From NCBI RefSeq assembly GCF_009914755.1, contig NC_060937.1: a DNA stretch of 64,000 nt. The stretch is one strand, 5' to 3'. Positions 31,701 to 49,300 of the stretch are shown in pieces. The stretch's first letter is position 1. Each line of letters starts with the position of its first letter. Position numbers and translations under genes: made by a program. This DNA is from the human T2T-CHM13v2.0 reference genome, Homo sapiens. The notes under the pieces are model-generated. The model ran no database searches, had not been told where the DNA came from, and saw only the letters and a program-made list of their open reading frames with translations.

Positions 31701-33230
31701 AAAATAACAAAATACACAAACTATAAATTATATACTGTACATAAAATATGAAATTACATCAAATATATATTAGGTACATAAAATATGAAAGTACATCAAA
31801 TACAGATTCTATACTGTACATATAATATCAATGTACCCTAAATATATATTTTATACTCTACATGAAATATCAAAGTTCACAAACCATATATTATATACTG
31901 TACATAAAATGTCAAAGTACCCAAGGTATATATTCTATACTGTACAAATAATATCAAAGTACCAAAAGCATGTATTATATACTGTACATAAAATATGAAA
32001 TTACATCAAATATATATTTTATTCTGTACATAAAATATCAAAGTACACCAGATATATAATCTATAGTGTACATAAAATATCAAAGTTCCCAAACTATACA
32101 TTATATAATGTACATAAAATATGAAATTACATCAAATATATATTAGGTACATAAAATATGAAAGTACATCAAATATAGATTATATACTGTACATAAAATA
32201 TCAAAGTACCCCAAATATATTTTATATACTGTAATGAAATATCAAATTTCACAAACTATATATTATATACTGGACATAAAATATCAAAGTACCCAAGGTA
32301 TATATTCTATACTGTACAAAAAATATCAAAGTACCCAAAGCATGTATTATATACTGTAGATAAAATATGAAAGTACATCAAATATGTATTTTATTCTGTA
32401 CATAGAATATCAAAGTACACCAGATATATATTCTATAGTGTACATAAAATAACAAAGTACACAAACTATACATTATATACTGTACATAAGATATGAAATT
32501 ACATCAAATATATATTAGGTACATAAAATATGAAAGTACATCAAATATAGATTATATACTGTACATAAAATATCAATGTACCCCAAATATATATTTTATA
32601 CTCTACTTGAAATATCAGAGTTCACAAACCATATATTATATACTGTACATAAAATATCAAAGTACCCAAGGTATATATTCTATACTGTACAAAAAATGTC
32701 AAAGTACCCAAGGCATGTATTATATACTGTACATAAAATATGAAATTACATCAATTATATATTTTATTCTGTACATAAAATATCAAAGTACACCAGATAT
32801 ATATTCTATAGTGTACATAAAATATCAAAGTACCCAAACTATACATTATATATTGTACATAAAATATGAAATTACATCAAATATATATTATATTAGGTAC
32901 ATAAAATATGAAAGTACATCAAATATAGATTATATACTGTACATTAAATACCAAAGTACCCCAAATATATATTTTATACTGTACATGAAATATCAAAGTT
33001 CACAAACCATATATTATATACTGTACATAAAATATCAAAGTACCCAAGGTATATATTAGATACTGTACAAAAAATATCAAAGTACCCAAAGCATGTATTA
33101 TATACTGAACATAAAATATGAAATTACATCAAATATATATTTTATTCTGTACATAAAATATCAAAGTACACCAGATATATATTCTATAGTGTACATAAAA
33201 TATCAAAGTACCCAAACTACAAATTTTATA
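28790..33230 (+). repeat. Copy 1 of a 7,506-bp-offset duplication, built from 2,625-bp (7-HOR) super-units
   Basis: ORF pairs 29868/37374, 31111/38617 and 32493/39999 all differ by 7,506; 29868/32493 differ by 2,625. Confidence 0.9.
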
Positions 33231-36200
33231 CTTTACATAAAATATGAAATTACATCAAATATATATTAGGTACGTAAAATATGAATGTACATCAAATATA
33301 GATTATATACTGTACATAAAATATCAAAGTACCCCAAATATATATTATATACTGTACATGAAATATCAAAGTTCACAAACTATATATTATATACTGTACA
33401 TAAAATGTCAAAGTACCCAGGGTATATATTGTATACTGTACAAAAAATATCAAAGTACCCAAAGCATGTATTATATACTGTACATAAAATATGAAAGTAT
33501 ATCAAATATGTATTTTATTCTGTACATAAAATATCAAAGTACACCAGATATATATTCTATAGTGTAGATAAAATAACAAAGTACAAATCTATAAATTATA
33601 TACTGTACATAAAATATGAAATTACATCAAACATATATTAGGTACATAAAATATGAAAGTACATCAAATATAGATTATATACTGTACATAAAATATCAAA
33701 GTACCCCAAATATATATTTTATACTCTAAATGAAATATCAAAGTTCACAAACCATATATTATATACTGTACATAAAATATCAAAGTACCCAAGGTATATA
33801 TTCTATACTGTAGAAAAAATATCAAAGTACCCAAAGCATGTATTATATACTGTAAATAAAATATGAAATTAAATCAAATATATATTTTATTCTGTACATA
33901 AAATATCAAAGTACACCAGATATATATTCTATAGTGTACATAAAATATCAAAGTACCCAAACTACAAATTTTATGCTTTACATAAAATATGAAATTACAT
34001 CAAATATATATTAGGTACATAAAATATGAAAGTACATCAAATATAGATTATTTACTGTACATAAAATATCAAAGTACCCCAAATATATATTTTATACTCT
34101 ACATGAAATATCAAAGTTCACAAACTATATATTATATACTGTACATAAAATATCAAAGTACCCAAGGAATATATTCTATACTGTACAAAAAATATCAAAG
34201 TACCCAAAGCATGTATTATATACTGTACATCAAATATGAAAGTACATCAAATATATATTTTATTCTGTACATAAAATATCAATGTACACCAGATATATAT
34301 TCTATAGTGTACATAAAATAACAAAGTACCCAAACTATACATTATATACTGTACATAAAATATGAAATTACATCAAATATATTTTATATTAGGTACATAA
34401 AATATGAAAGTACATCAAATATAGATTATATACTGTACATTAAATACCAAAGTACCCCAAATATATATTTTATACTGTACATGAAATATCGAAGTTCACA
34501 AACTATATATTATATACTGTACATAAAATATCAAAATACCCAAGGTATATATTCTATACTGTACAAAAAATAACAAAGTACCAAAAGCATGTATAATATA
34601 CTGTACATAAAATATGAAAGTACATCAAATATATATTTTATTCTGTACATAAAATATCAAAGTACACCAGATATATATTCTATAGTGAACATAAAATATC
34701 AAAGTACCCAAACTATACATTATATACTGTACATAAAATATGAAATTACATCAAATATATTTTATATTAGGTACATAAAATATGAAAGTACATCAAATAT
34801 AGATTATATACTGTACATTAAATACCAAAGTAACCCAAATATATATTTTATACTCTACATGAAATATCAAAGTTCACAAACTATATATTATATACTGTAC
34901 ATAAAATATCAAAGTACCCAAGGTATATATTCTATACTGTACAAAAAATATCAAAGTACCCAAAGCATGTATTATATACTGTACATAAAATATGAAAGTA
35001 CATCAAATATATATTTAATTCTGTACATAAAATATCAAAGTACACCAGATATATATTCTATAGTGTACATAAAATATCAAAGTACCCAAACTATACATTA
35101 TATACTGTACATAAAATATGAAATTACATCAAATATATTTTATATTAGGTACATAAAATATGAAAGTACATCAAATATAGATTATATACTGTACATTAAA
35201 TACCAAAGTACCCCAAATATATATTTTATACTGTACATGAAATATCAAAATACACTAACTATATATTATCTACTGTACATTAAATATCAAAGTACCCAAG
35301 GTATATATTCTATACTGTACAAAAAATAACAAAGTACCAAAAGCATGTATAATATACTGTACATGAAATATGAAAGTACATCAAATATATATTTTATTCT
35401 GTACATAAAATATCAAAGTACACCAGATATATATTCTATAGTGTACATAAAATATCAAAGTACCCAAACTATAAATTATATACTGTACATAAAATATGAA
35501 ATTACATCAAATATATTTTATATTAGGTACATAAAATATGAAAGTACATCAAATATAGATTATATACTGTACATAAAATATCAATGTACCCCAAATATAT
35601 ATTTTATACTCTACATGAAATTTCAAAGTTCACAAACCATATATTATATACTGTACATAAAATATCAAAGTACCCAAGGTATATATTCTATACTGTACAA
35701 AAAATATCAAAGTACCCAAAGCATGTATTATATACTGTACGTAAAATATGAAAGTACATCAATTATATATTTTATTCTGTACATAAAATATCAAAGTACA
35801 CCAGGTATATATTCTATAGTGTACATAAAATAACAAAGTACCCAAACTATACATTATATACTGTACATAAAATATGAAATTACATCAAATATATATTATA
35901 TTAGGTACATAAAATATGAAAGTACATCAAATATAGATTATATACTGTACATTAAATACCAAAGTACCCCAAATATATATTTTATACTGTACATGAAATA
36001 TCAAAGTTCACAAACTATATATTATATACTGTACATAAAATATCAAAGTACCAAGGTATATATTCTATACTGTACAAAAAATATCAAAGTACCAAAATCA
36101 TGTATTATATACTGTACATAAAATATGAATGTACATCAAATATATATTTTATTCTGTACATAAAATATGAAAGTACACCAGAAATATATTCTATAGTGTA

Positions 36201-36289
36201 CATAAAATATCAAAGTACCCAAACTATACATTATATACTGTACATAAAATATGAAATTACATCAAATATATATTATATTAGGTACATAA

Positions 36290-39200
36290 AATATGAAAGT
36301 ACATCAAATATAGATTATATACTGTACATTAAATATCAAAGTACGCCAAATATATATTATATACTGTACATGAAATATCAAAGTTCACAAACTATATATT
36401 ATATACTGTACATAAAATATCAAAGTACCCAAGGTATATATTCTATACTGTACAAAAAGTATCAAAGTACCCAAAGCATGTATTATATACTGTATATAAA
36501 ATATGAAAGTACATCAAATATATATTTTATTCTGTACAGAAAATATCAAAGTACACCAGATATATATTCTATAGTGTACATAAAATAACAAAGTACACAA
36601 ACTATAAATTATATGCTGTACATAAAATATGAAATTACATCAAATATATATTAGGTACATAAAATATGAAAGTACATCAAATATAGATTCTATACTGTAC
36701 ATATAATATCAATATACCCCAAATATATATTTTATACTCTACATGAAATATCAAAGTTCACAAACCATATATTATATACTGTACATAAAATGTCAAAGTA
36801 CCCAAGGTATATATTCTATACTGTACAAATAATATCAAAGTACCCAAAGCATGTATTATATACTGTACATAAAATATGAAAGTACATCAAATATATATTT
36901 TATTCTGTACATAAAATATCAAAGTACACCAGATATATAATCTATAGTGTACATAAAATATCAAAGTTCCCAAACTATACATTATATAATGTACATAAAA
37001 TATGAAATTACATCAAATATATATTAGGTACATAAAATATGAAAGTACATCAAATATAGATTATATACTGTACATAAAATATCAAAGTACCCCAAATATA
37101 TTTTAAATACTGTAATGAAATATCAAATTTCACAAAGTATATATTATATACTGTACATAAAATATCAAAGTACCCAAGGTATATATTCTATACTGTACAA
37201 AAAATATCAAAGTACCCAAAGCATGTATTATATACTGTAGATAAAATATGAAAGTACATCAAATATGTATTTTATTCTGTACATAGAATATCAAAGTACA
37301 CCAGATATATATTCTATAGTGTACATAAAATAACAAAGAACACAAACTATACATTATATACTGTACATAAAATATGAAATTACATCAAATATATATTAGT
37401 TACATAAAATATGAAAGTACATCAAATATAAATTATATACTGTACATAAAATATCAATGTACTCCAAATATATATTTTATACTCTACTTGAAATATCAGA
37501 GTTCACAAACCATATATTATATACTGTACATAAAATATCAAAGTACCCAAGGTATATATTCTATACTGTACAAAAAATGTCAAAGTACCCAAGGCATGTA
37601 TTATATACTGTACATAAAATATGAAAGTACATCAATTATATATTTTATTCTGTACATAAAATATCAAAGTACACCAGATATATATTCTATAGTGTACATA
37701 AAATATCAAAGTACCCAAACAATTCATTATATACTGTACATAAAATATGAAATTACATCAAATATATATTATATTAGGTACATAAAATATGAAAGTACAT
37801 CAAATATAGATTATATACTGTACATAAAATATCAAAGTACCCAAAATATATATTATATACTGTACATGAAATATCAAAGTTCAAAAACCATATATTATAT
37901 ACTGTACATAAAATATCAAAGTACCCAAGGTATATATTCTATACTGTACAAGAAATATCAAAATACCAAAAGCATGTATTATATACTGTAGATAAAGTAT
38001 GAAATTACATCAAATATATATATTATTCTGTACATAAAATATCAAAGTACACCACATATATATTCTATAGTGTACATAAAATATCAAATTACCCGAACTA
38101 TACATTATATACTGTACATAAAATAAGAAATTACATCAAATATATATTAGGTACATAAAATATGAAAGTACATCAAATATACATTATATACTGTACGTAA
38201 AATATCAAAGTACCACAAATATATATTATATACTGTACATGAAATATCAAAGTTTACAAACCGTATATTATATACTGTACATAAAATATCAAAGTACCCA
38301 AGGTATGTATTCTATACTGTACAAAAAATATCAAAGTACCCAAAGCATGTATTATATACTGTACGTAAAATATGAAAGTACATCAATTATATATTTTATT
38401 CTGTACATAAAATATCAAAGTACACCAGGTATATATTCTATAGTGTACATAAAATAACAAAGTACCCAAACGATACATTATATACTGTACATAAAATATG
38501 AAATTACATCAAATATATATTATATTAGGTACATAAATTATGAAAGTAGATCAAATATAGATTATATACTGTACATTAAATACCAAAGTACCCCAAATAT
38601 ATATTTTATACTGTACATGAAATATCAAAGTTCACAAACTATATATTATATACTGTACATAAAATATCAAAGTACCCAAGGTATATATTCTATACTGTAC
38701 AAAAAATATCAAAGTACCAAAAGCATGTATTATATACTGTACATAAAATATGAATGTACATCAAATATATATTTTATTCTGTACATAAAATATGAAAGTA
38801 CACCAGATATATATTCTATAGTGTACATAAAATATCAAAGTACCCAAACTATACATTATATACTGTACATAAAATATGAAATTACATCAAATATATATTA
38901 TATTAGGTACATAAAATATGAAAGTACATCAAATATAGATTATACACTGTACATTAAATATCAAAGTACGCCAAATATATATTATATACTGTACATGAAA
39001 TATCAAAGTTCACAAACTATATATTATATACTGTACATAAAATATCAAAGTACCCAAGGTATATATTCTATACTGTACAAAAAGTATCAAAGTACCCAAA
39101 GCATGTATTATATACTGTATATAAAATATGAATGTACATCAAATATATATTTTATTCTGTACAGAAAATATCAAAGTACACCAGATATATATTCTATAGT

Positions 39201-41700
39201 GTACATAAAATAACAAAATACACAAACTATAAATTATATACTGTACATAAAATATGAAATTACATCAAATATATATTAGGTACATAAAATATGAAAGTAC
39301 ATCAAATATAGATTCTATACTGTACATATAATATCAATGTACCCTAAATATATATTTTATACTCTACATGAAATATCAAAGTTCACAAACCATATATTAT
39401 ATACTGTACATAAAATGTCAAAGTACCCAAGGTATATATTCTATACTGTACAAATAATATCAAAGTACCAAAAGCATGTATTATATACTGTACATAAAAT
39501 ATGAAATTACATCAAATATATATTTTATTCTGTACATAAAATATCAAAGTACACCAGATATATAATCTATAGTGTACATAAAATATCAAAGTTCCCAAAC
39601 TATACATTATATAATGTACATAAAATATGAAATTACATCAAATATATATTAGGTACATAAAATATGAAAGTACATCAAATATAGATTATATACTGTACAT
39701 AAAATATCAAAGTACCCCAAATATATTTTATATACTGTAATGAAATATCAAATTTCACAAACTATATATTATATACTGTACATAAAATATCAAAGTACCC
39801 AAGGTATATATTCTATACTGTACAAAAAATATCAAAGTACCCAAACCATGTATTATATACTGTAGATAAAATATGAAAGTACATCAAATATGTATTTTAT
39901 TCTGTACATAGAATATCAAAGTACACCAGATATATATTCTATAGTGTACATAAAATAACAAAGTACACAAACTATACATTATATACTGTACATAAGATAT
40001 GAAATTACATCAAATATATATTAGGTACATAAAATATGAAAGTACATCAAATATAGATTATATACTGTACATAAAATATCAATGTATCCCAAATATATAT
40101 TTTATACTCTACTTGAAATATCAGAGTTCACAAACCATATATTATATACTGTACATAAAATATCAAAGTACCCAAGGTATATATTCTATACTGTACAAAA
40201 AATGTCAAAGTACCCAAGGCATGTATTATATACTGTACATAAAATATGAAAGTACATCAATTATATATTTTATTCTGTACATAAAATATCAAAGTACACC
40301 AGATATATATTCTATAGTGTACATAAAATATCAAAGTACCCAAACTATACATTATATACTGTACATAAAATATGAAATTACATCAAATATATATTATATT
40401 AGGTACATAAAATATGAAAGTACATCAAATATAGATTATATACTGTACATTAAATACCAAAGTACCCCAAATATATATTTTATACTGTACATGAAATATC
40501 AAAGTTCACAAACCATATATTATATACTGTACATAAAATATCAAAGTACCCAAGGTATATATTAGATACTGTACAAAAAATATCAAAGTACCCAAAGCAT
40601 GTATTATATACTGAACATAAAATATGAAATTACATCTAATATATATTTTATTCTGTACATAAAATATCAAAGTACACCAGATATATATTCTATAGTGTAC
40701 ATAAAATATCAAAGTACCCAAACTACAAATTTTATACTCTACATAAAATATGAAATTACATCAAATATATATTAGGTACATAAAATATGAAAGTACATCA
40801 AATATACATTATATACTGTACGTAAAATATCAAAGTACCACAAATATATATTATATACTGTACATGAAATATCAAAGTTCACAAACCATATATTATATAC
40901 TGTACATAAAATATCAAAGTACCCAAGGTATGTATTCTGTACTGTACAAAAAATATCAAAGTACCCAAAGCATGTATTATATACTGTACGTAAAATATGA
41001 AAGTACATCAATTATATATTTTATTCTGTTCATAAAATATCAAAGTACACCAGGTATATATTCTATAGTGTACATAAAATAACAAAGTACCCAAATGATA
41101 CATTATATACTGTACATAAAATATGAAATTACATCAAATATATATTATATTAGGTACATAAATTATGAAAGTAGATCAAATATAGATTATATACTGTACA
41201 TTAAATACCAAAGTACCCCAAATATATATTTTATACTGTACATGAAATATCAAAGTTCACAAACTATATATTATATACTGTACATAAAATATCAAAGTAC
41301 CCAAGGTATATATTCTATACTGTACAAAAAATATCAAAGTACCAAAAGCATGTATTATATACTGTACATAAAATATGAATGTACATCAAATATATATTTT
41401 ATTCTGTACATAAAATATGAAAGTACACCAGATATATATTCTATAGTGTACATAAAATATCAAAGTACCCAAACTATACATTATATACTGTACATAAAAT
41501 ATGAAATTACATCAAATATATATTATATTAGGTACATAAAATATGAAAGTACATCAAATATAGATTATACACTGTACATTAAATATCAAAGTACGCCAAA
41601 TATATATTATATACTGTACATGAAATATCAAAGTTCACAAACTATATATTATATACTGTACATAAAATATCAAAGTACCCAAGGTATATATTCTATACTG
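36290..41700 (+). repeat. Copy 2 of the 7,506-bp duplication plus continuation of the 2,625-bp super-unit
   Basis: Marker TACGCCAAAT occurs at 36342, 38967 and 41592 (2,625 apart); the 1-bp deletion GTAATG occurs at 37112 and 39737. Confidence 0.9.
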
Positions 41701-44700
41701 TACAAAAAATATCAAAGTACGCAAAGCATGTATTATATACTGTACATAAAATATGAAAGTACATCAAATATATATTTTATTCTGTACATAAAATATCAAA
41801 GTACACCAGATATATATTTCATAGTGTACATAAAATATCAAAGTACCCAAACTATACATTATATACTGTACATAAAATATTAAATTACATCAAATATATA
41901 TTATATTAGGTACGTAAAATATGAAAGTACATCCAATATAGATTATATACTGTACATAAAATATCAAAGTACCCCAAATATATTTTATATACTGTACATG
42001 AAATATCAAAGTTCACAAACCATATATTATATACTGTAGATAAAATATCAAAGTACACAACGTATATATTCTATACTGTACAAAAAATATCAAAGTACCC
42101 AAAGCATGTATTATACACTGTACATAAAATATGAAAGTACATCAAATATATATTTTATTCTGTACATAAAATATCAAAGTACACCAGATTTATATTCTAT
42201 AGTGTACATAAAATAACAAAGTACACAAACTATAAATTATATACTGTACATAAAATATGAAATTACATCAAATATATATTAGGTACATAAAATATGAAAG
42301 TACATCAAATATAGATTATATACTGTACATAAAATATCAAAGTACCCAAATATATATTATATACTCTACATGAAATATCAAAGTTCAGAAACTATATATT
42401 ATATACTGTACATAAAATATCAAAGTACCCAAGCTATATATTCTATACTGCACAAAAAATATCAAAGTACCCAAAGCATGTATTATATACTGTATATAAA
42501 ATATGAAAGTACATCAAATATATATTTTATTCTGTACATAAAATATCAAAGTACACCGGATATATATTCTATAGTGTACATAAAATAAAGTACACAAAGT
42601 ATAAATTATATAATGTACATAAAATATGAAATTACATCAAATATATTTTAGGTACATAAAATATGAAAGTACATCAAATATAGATTATATACTGTACATA
42701 TAATATCAATGTACCCCAAATATATATTTTGTACTCTACATGAAATATCAAAGTTCACAAACCATATATTATATACTGTACATAAAATATCAAAGTACCC
42801 AAGGTATATATTCTATACTGTACAAAAAATATCAAAGTACCCAAAGCATGTATTATAAACTGTACATAAAATATGAAAGTACGTCAAATATATATTTTAT
42901 TCTGTACATAAAATATCAAAGTACACCAGATATATATTCTATAGTGTACATAAAATATCAAAGTACCCAAAGTATACATTATATACTTTACATAAAATAT
43001 GAAATTTCATCAAATATATATTATATTAGGTACATAAAATATGAAAGTACATCAAATATAGATTATATACTGTACATTAAATACCAAAGTACCCCAAATA
43101 TATATTATATACTCTACATGAAATATGAAAGTTCACACACTATATATTATATACCGTACATAAAATATCAAAGTACCCAAGGTATATATTCTATACTGTA
43201 CAAAAAATATCAAAGTACCCAAAGCATGTATTATATACTGTATATAAAATATGAAAGTACATCAAATATATATTTTATTCTGTACATAAAATATCAAAGT
43301 ACATCAGATATATATTCTATAGTGTACATAAAATAACAAAGTACACAAACTATAAATTATATACTGTACATAAAATATGAAATTACATCAAATATATATT
43401 AGGTACCGAAAATATGAAAGTACATCAAATATAGATTATATACTGTACATTAAATACCCAAGTACCCCAAATATATATTTTATACTGTACATGAAATATC
43501 AAATTTCACAAACTATATATTATATACTGTACATAAAATATCAAAGTACCCAAGGTATATATTCTATACTGTACAAAAAATATCAAAGTACCCAAAGCCT
43601 GTATTATAAACTGTACATAAAATATGAAAGTACATCAACTATATATTTTATTCTGTACATAAAATATCAAAGTACACCAGATATATATTCTATAGTGTAC
43701 ATAAAATATCAAAGTACCCAAACTATACATTATATACTGTACATAAATTATGAAATTACATCAAATATATATTATATTAGGTACATAAAATATGAAAGTA
43801 CATCAAATATAGATTATATACTGTACATTAAATACCCAAGTACCCCAAATATATATTTTATACTGTACATGAAATATCAAAGTTCACAAACTATATATTA
43901 TATACTGTACATAAAATATCAAAGTACCCAAGGTATATGTTCTATACTGTACAAAAAATATCAAAGTACCCAAAGCATGTATTATATACTGTACATAAAA
44001 TATGAAAGTACATCAAATATATATTTTATTCTGTACATAAAATATCAATGTACACCAGATATATATTCTATAGTGTACATAAAATAACAAAGTACACAAA
44101 CTATAAATTATATACTGTACATAAAATATGAAATTACATCAAATATATATTAGGTACATAAAATATGAAAGTACTTCAAATATAGATTATATACTGTACA
44201 TAAAATATCAATGTACCCCAAATATATATTTTATACTCTACATGAAATATCAAAGTTCACAAACCATATATTATATACTGTACATAAAATATCAAAGTAC
44301 CCAAGGTATATATTCTATACTGTACAAAAAATATCAAAGTACCCAAAGCATGTATTATATACTGTACATAAAATATGAAATTACACCAAATATATATTTT
44401 ATTCTGTACATAAAATATCAAAGTACACCAGATATATATTCTATAGTGTACATAAAATATCAAAGTACCCAAACTATACATTATATACTGTACATAAAAT
44501 ATCAATGTACAACAAATATATATTTTATACTCTACATGAAATATCAAAGTTCATAAACTATATATTATATAATGTACATAAAATATCAAAGTACCCAAGG
44601 TATATATTGTATACTGTACAAAAAATATCAAAGTACCCAAAGCATGTATTATATACTGTACATAAAATATGAAAGTACATCAAATGTATATTTTACTCTG

Positions 44701-45199
44701 TACGTAAAATATCAAAGTACACCAGATATATATTCTATAGTGTACATAAAATATCAAAGAACCCAAACTATACATTATATACTGTACATAAAATATGAAA
44801 TTACATCAAATATAAATTATATTAGGTACATAAAATATGAAAGTACATCAAATATAGATTATATACTGTACATTAAATACCAAAGTACCCCAAATATATA
44901 TTTTATACTGTACATGAAATATCAAAGTTCACAAACTATATATTATATACTGTACATATAATATCAAAGTACCCAAGGTATATATTCTATACTGTACAAA
45001 AAATAACAAAGTACCAAAAGCATGTATTATATACTGTACCTAAAATATGAAAGTACATCAAATATATATTTTATTCTGTACATAAAATATCAAAGTACAC
45101 CAGCTATATATTCTATAGTGTACATAAAATATCAAAGTACCCAAACTATACATAATATACTGTACATAAAATATGAAATTACATCAAATATATATTATA

Positions 45200-48100
45200 T
45201 TAGGTACATAAAATATGAAAGTACATCAAATATAGATTATATACTGTACATAAAATATCAAAGTACCCCAAATATATATTATATACTCTACAGGAAATAT
45301 CAAAGTTCACACACTATATATTATATACTGTACATAAAATATCAAAATACCCAAGGTATATATTCTATACTGTACAAAAAATATCAAAGTACCCAAAGAA
45401 TGTATTATATACTGTATGTAAAATATGAAAGTACATCAAATATATATTTTATTCTGTACATAAAATATCAAAGTACACCAGATATATATTCTATAGTGTA
45501 CATAAAATAACAAAGTACACAAACTATAAATTATATACTGTACATAAAATATGAAATTACATCAAATATATATTAGGTACATAAAATATGAAAGTACATC
45601 AAATATAGATTATATACTGTACATAAAATATCAAAGTACCCCAAATATGTATTATATACTCTACATGAAATATCAAAGTTCACACACTATATATTATATA
45701 CTGTACATAAAATATCAAAGTACCCAAGGTATATATTCTATACTGTACAAAAAATATCAAAGTACCCAAAGCACGTATTATATACTGTACATAAAATATG
45801 AAAGTACATCAAATATATATTTTATTCTGTACATAAAATATCAAAGTACACCAGATATATATTCTATAGTGTACATAAAATAACAAAGTACACAAACTAT
45901 AAATTATATACTGTACATAAAATATGAAATTACATCAAATATATATTAGGTACATAAAATATGAAAGTACATCAAATATAGATTATATACTGTACATAAA
46001 ATATCAAAGTACCCCAAATATATATTATATACTGTACATGAAATATCAAAGTTCACAAACTATATATTATATACTGTACATAAAATATCAAAGTACCCAA
46101 GGTATATATTCTATACTGTACAAAAAATATCAAAGTACTCAAAGCACGTATTATATACTGTACATAAAATATGAAAGTACATCAAATATAGATTTTATTC
46201 TGTACATAAAATATCAAAGTACACCAGATATATATTCTATAGTGTACATAAAATATCAAAGTACCCAAACTATACATTATATACTGTACATAAAATATGA
46301 AATTACATCAAATTTATATTAGGTACATAAAATATGAAAGTACATCAAATATAGATTATATTCTGTACATAAAATATCAAAGTACCCCAAATCTATATTT
46401 TATACTGTACATGAAATATCAAAGTTCACAAACTATATATTATATACTGTACATATAATACCAAAGTACCCAAGGTATATATTCTATACTGTACAAAAAA
46501 TAACAAAGTACCAAAATTATGTATTATATACTGTACCTAAAATATGAAAGTACATCAAATATATATTTTATTCTGTACATAAAATATCAAAGTACACCAG
46601 ATATATATTCTATAGTGTACATAAAATATCAAAGTACCCAAACTATACATTATATACTGTACATAAAATATGAAATTACATCAAATATATATTATATTAG
46701 GTACATAAAATATGAAAGTACATCAAATATAGATTATATACTGTATATAAAATATCAAAGTACCCCAAATATATATTTTATACTCTACATGAAATATCAA
46801 AGTTCACAAACCATATATTATATACTGTACATAAAATATCAAAGTACCCAAGGTATATATTCTATACTGTACAAAAAATATCAAAGTACCCAAAGCATGT
46901 ATTATATACTGTACGTAAAATATGAAAGTACACCAAATATATATTTTATTCTGTACATAAAATATCAAAGTACACCAGATATATATTCTATAGTGTACAT
47001 TAAATATCAAAGTACCCAATCTATACATTATATACTGTACATAAAATATGAAATTACATCAAATATATACTAGATACATAAAATATGAAAGTACATCAAA
47101 TATAGATTATATACTGTACATAAAATATCAATGTACAACAAATATATATTTTATACTCTACATGAAATATCAAAGTTCACAAACTATATATTATATAATG
47201 TACATAAAATATCAAAGTACCCAAGGTATATATTGTATACTGTACAAAAAATATCAAAGTACCCAAAGCATATATTATATACTGTACATAAAATATGAAA
47301 GTACATCAAATATATATTTTATTCTGTACATAAAATATCAAAGTACACCAGATATATATTCTATAGTGTACATAAAATATCAAAGTACCCAAACTATACA
47401 TTATATACTGTACATAAAATATGAAATTACATCAAATATATACTATATTAGGGACATAAAATATGAAAGTACATCAAATATAGATTATATACTGTACATA
47501 AAATATCAAAGTACCCAAATATATATTATATACTCTACAGGAAATATCAAAGTTCACACACTATATATTATATACTGTACTTAAAATATCAAAGTACCCA
47601 AGGTATATATTCTATACTGTACAAAAAATATCAAAGTACCCAAAGCATGTATTATATACTGTATGTAAAATATGAAATTACATCAAATATATATTTTATT
47701 CTGTACATAAAATATCAAAGTACACCAGATATATATTCTATAGTGTACATAAAATAACAAAGTACACAAACTATAAATTATATACTGTACATAAAATATG
47801 AAATTACATCAAATATATATTAGGTACATAAAATATGAAAGTACATCAAATATAGATTATATACTGTACATAAAATATCAATGTACCCCAAATATATATT
47901 ATATATTCTACAGGAAATATCAAAGTTCACAAACCATATATTATATACTGTACAAAAAATATCAAAGTACCCAAGGTATATATTCTATACTGTACAAAAA
48001 ATATCAAAGTACCCAAAGCATGTATTATATACTGTATATAAAATATGAAAGTACATCAAATATATATTTTATTCTGTACATAAAATATCAAAGTACACCA

Positions 48101-49300
48101 GATATATATTCTATAGTGTACATAAAATAACAAAGTACACAAACTATAAATTATATACTGTACATAAAATATGAAATTACATCAAATATATATTAGGTAC
48201 ATAAAATATGAAAGTACATCAAATATAGATTATATACTGTACATAAAATATCAAAGTAACCCAAATATATATTATATACTGTACATGAAATATCAAAGTT
48301 CACAAACTATATATTATATACTGTACATAAAATATCAAAGTACCCCAGGTATATATTCTATACTATACATAAAATATGAAAGAACATCAAATATATATTT
48401 TATTCTGTACATAAAATATCAAAGTACACCAGATATATATTCTATAGTGTACAAAAAATATCAAAGTACCCAAACTATACATTATATACTGTACATAAAA
48501 TATGAAATTACATCAAATATATATTAGGTACATACAATATGAAAGTACATCAAATATAGATTATATACTGTACATAAAATATCAAAGTACCCCAAATATA
48601 TATTATATACTGTATATGAAATATCAAAGTTCACAAACTATATATTATATACTGTACATAAAATATCAAAGTACCCAAGGTATATATTCTATACTGTACA
48701 AAAAATATCAAAGTACCCAAAGCATGTATTATATACTGTACATAAAATATGAAAGTACATCAAATATATATTTTATTCTGTACATAAAATATCAAAGTAC
48801 ACCAGATATATATTCTATAGTGTACATAAAACATCAAAGAACCCAAACTATACATTATATACTGTACATAAAATATGAAATTACATCAAATATATATTAT
48901 ATTAGGTACATAAAATATGAAAGTACATCAAATATAGATTATATACTGTACATTAAATACCAAAGTACCCCAAATATATATTTTATACTGTACATGAAAT
49001 ATCAAAGTTCACAAACTATATATTATATACTGTACATATAATATCAAACTACCCAAGGTATATATTCTATACTGTACAAAAAATAACAAAGTACCAAAAG
49101 CATGTATTATATACTGTACCTAAAATATGAAAGTACATCAAATATATATTTTATTCTGTACATTAAATATCAAAGTACACCAGATATATATTCTATAGTG
49201 TACATAAAATAACAAAGTACACAAACTATAAATTATATACTGTACATAAAATATGAAATTACATCAAATATATATTAGGTACATAAAATATGAAAGTACA
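45200..49300 (+). repeat. Copy 1 of a ~4-kb block repeated 13.35-14.49 kb downstream
   Basis: ORF pairs are 45551/58909 (13,358), 47048/60402 (13,354), and 47798/62286, 48171/62659, 48502/62990 (14,488). Confidence 0.88.
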
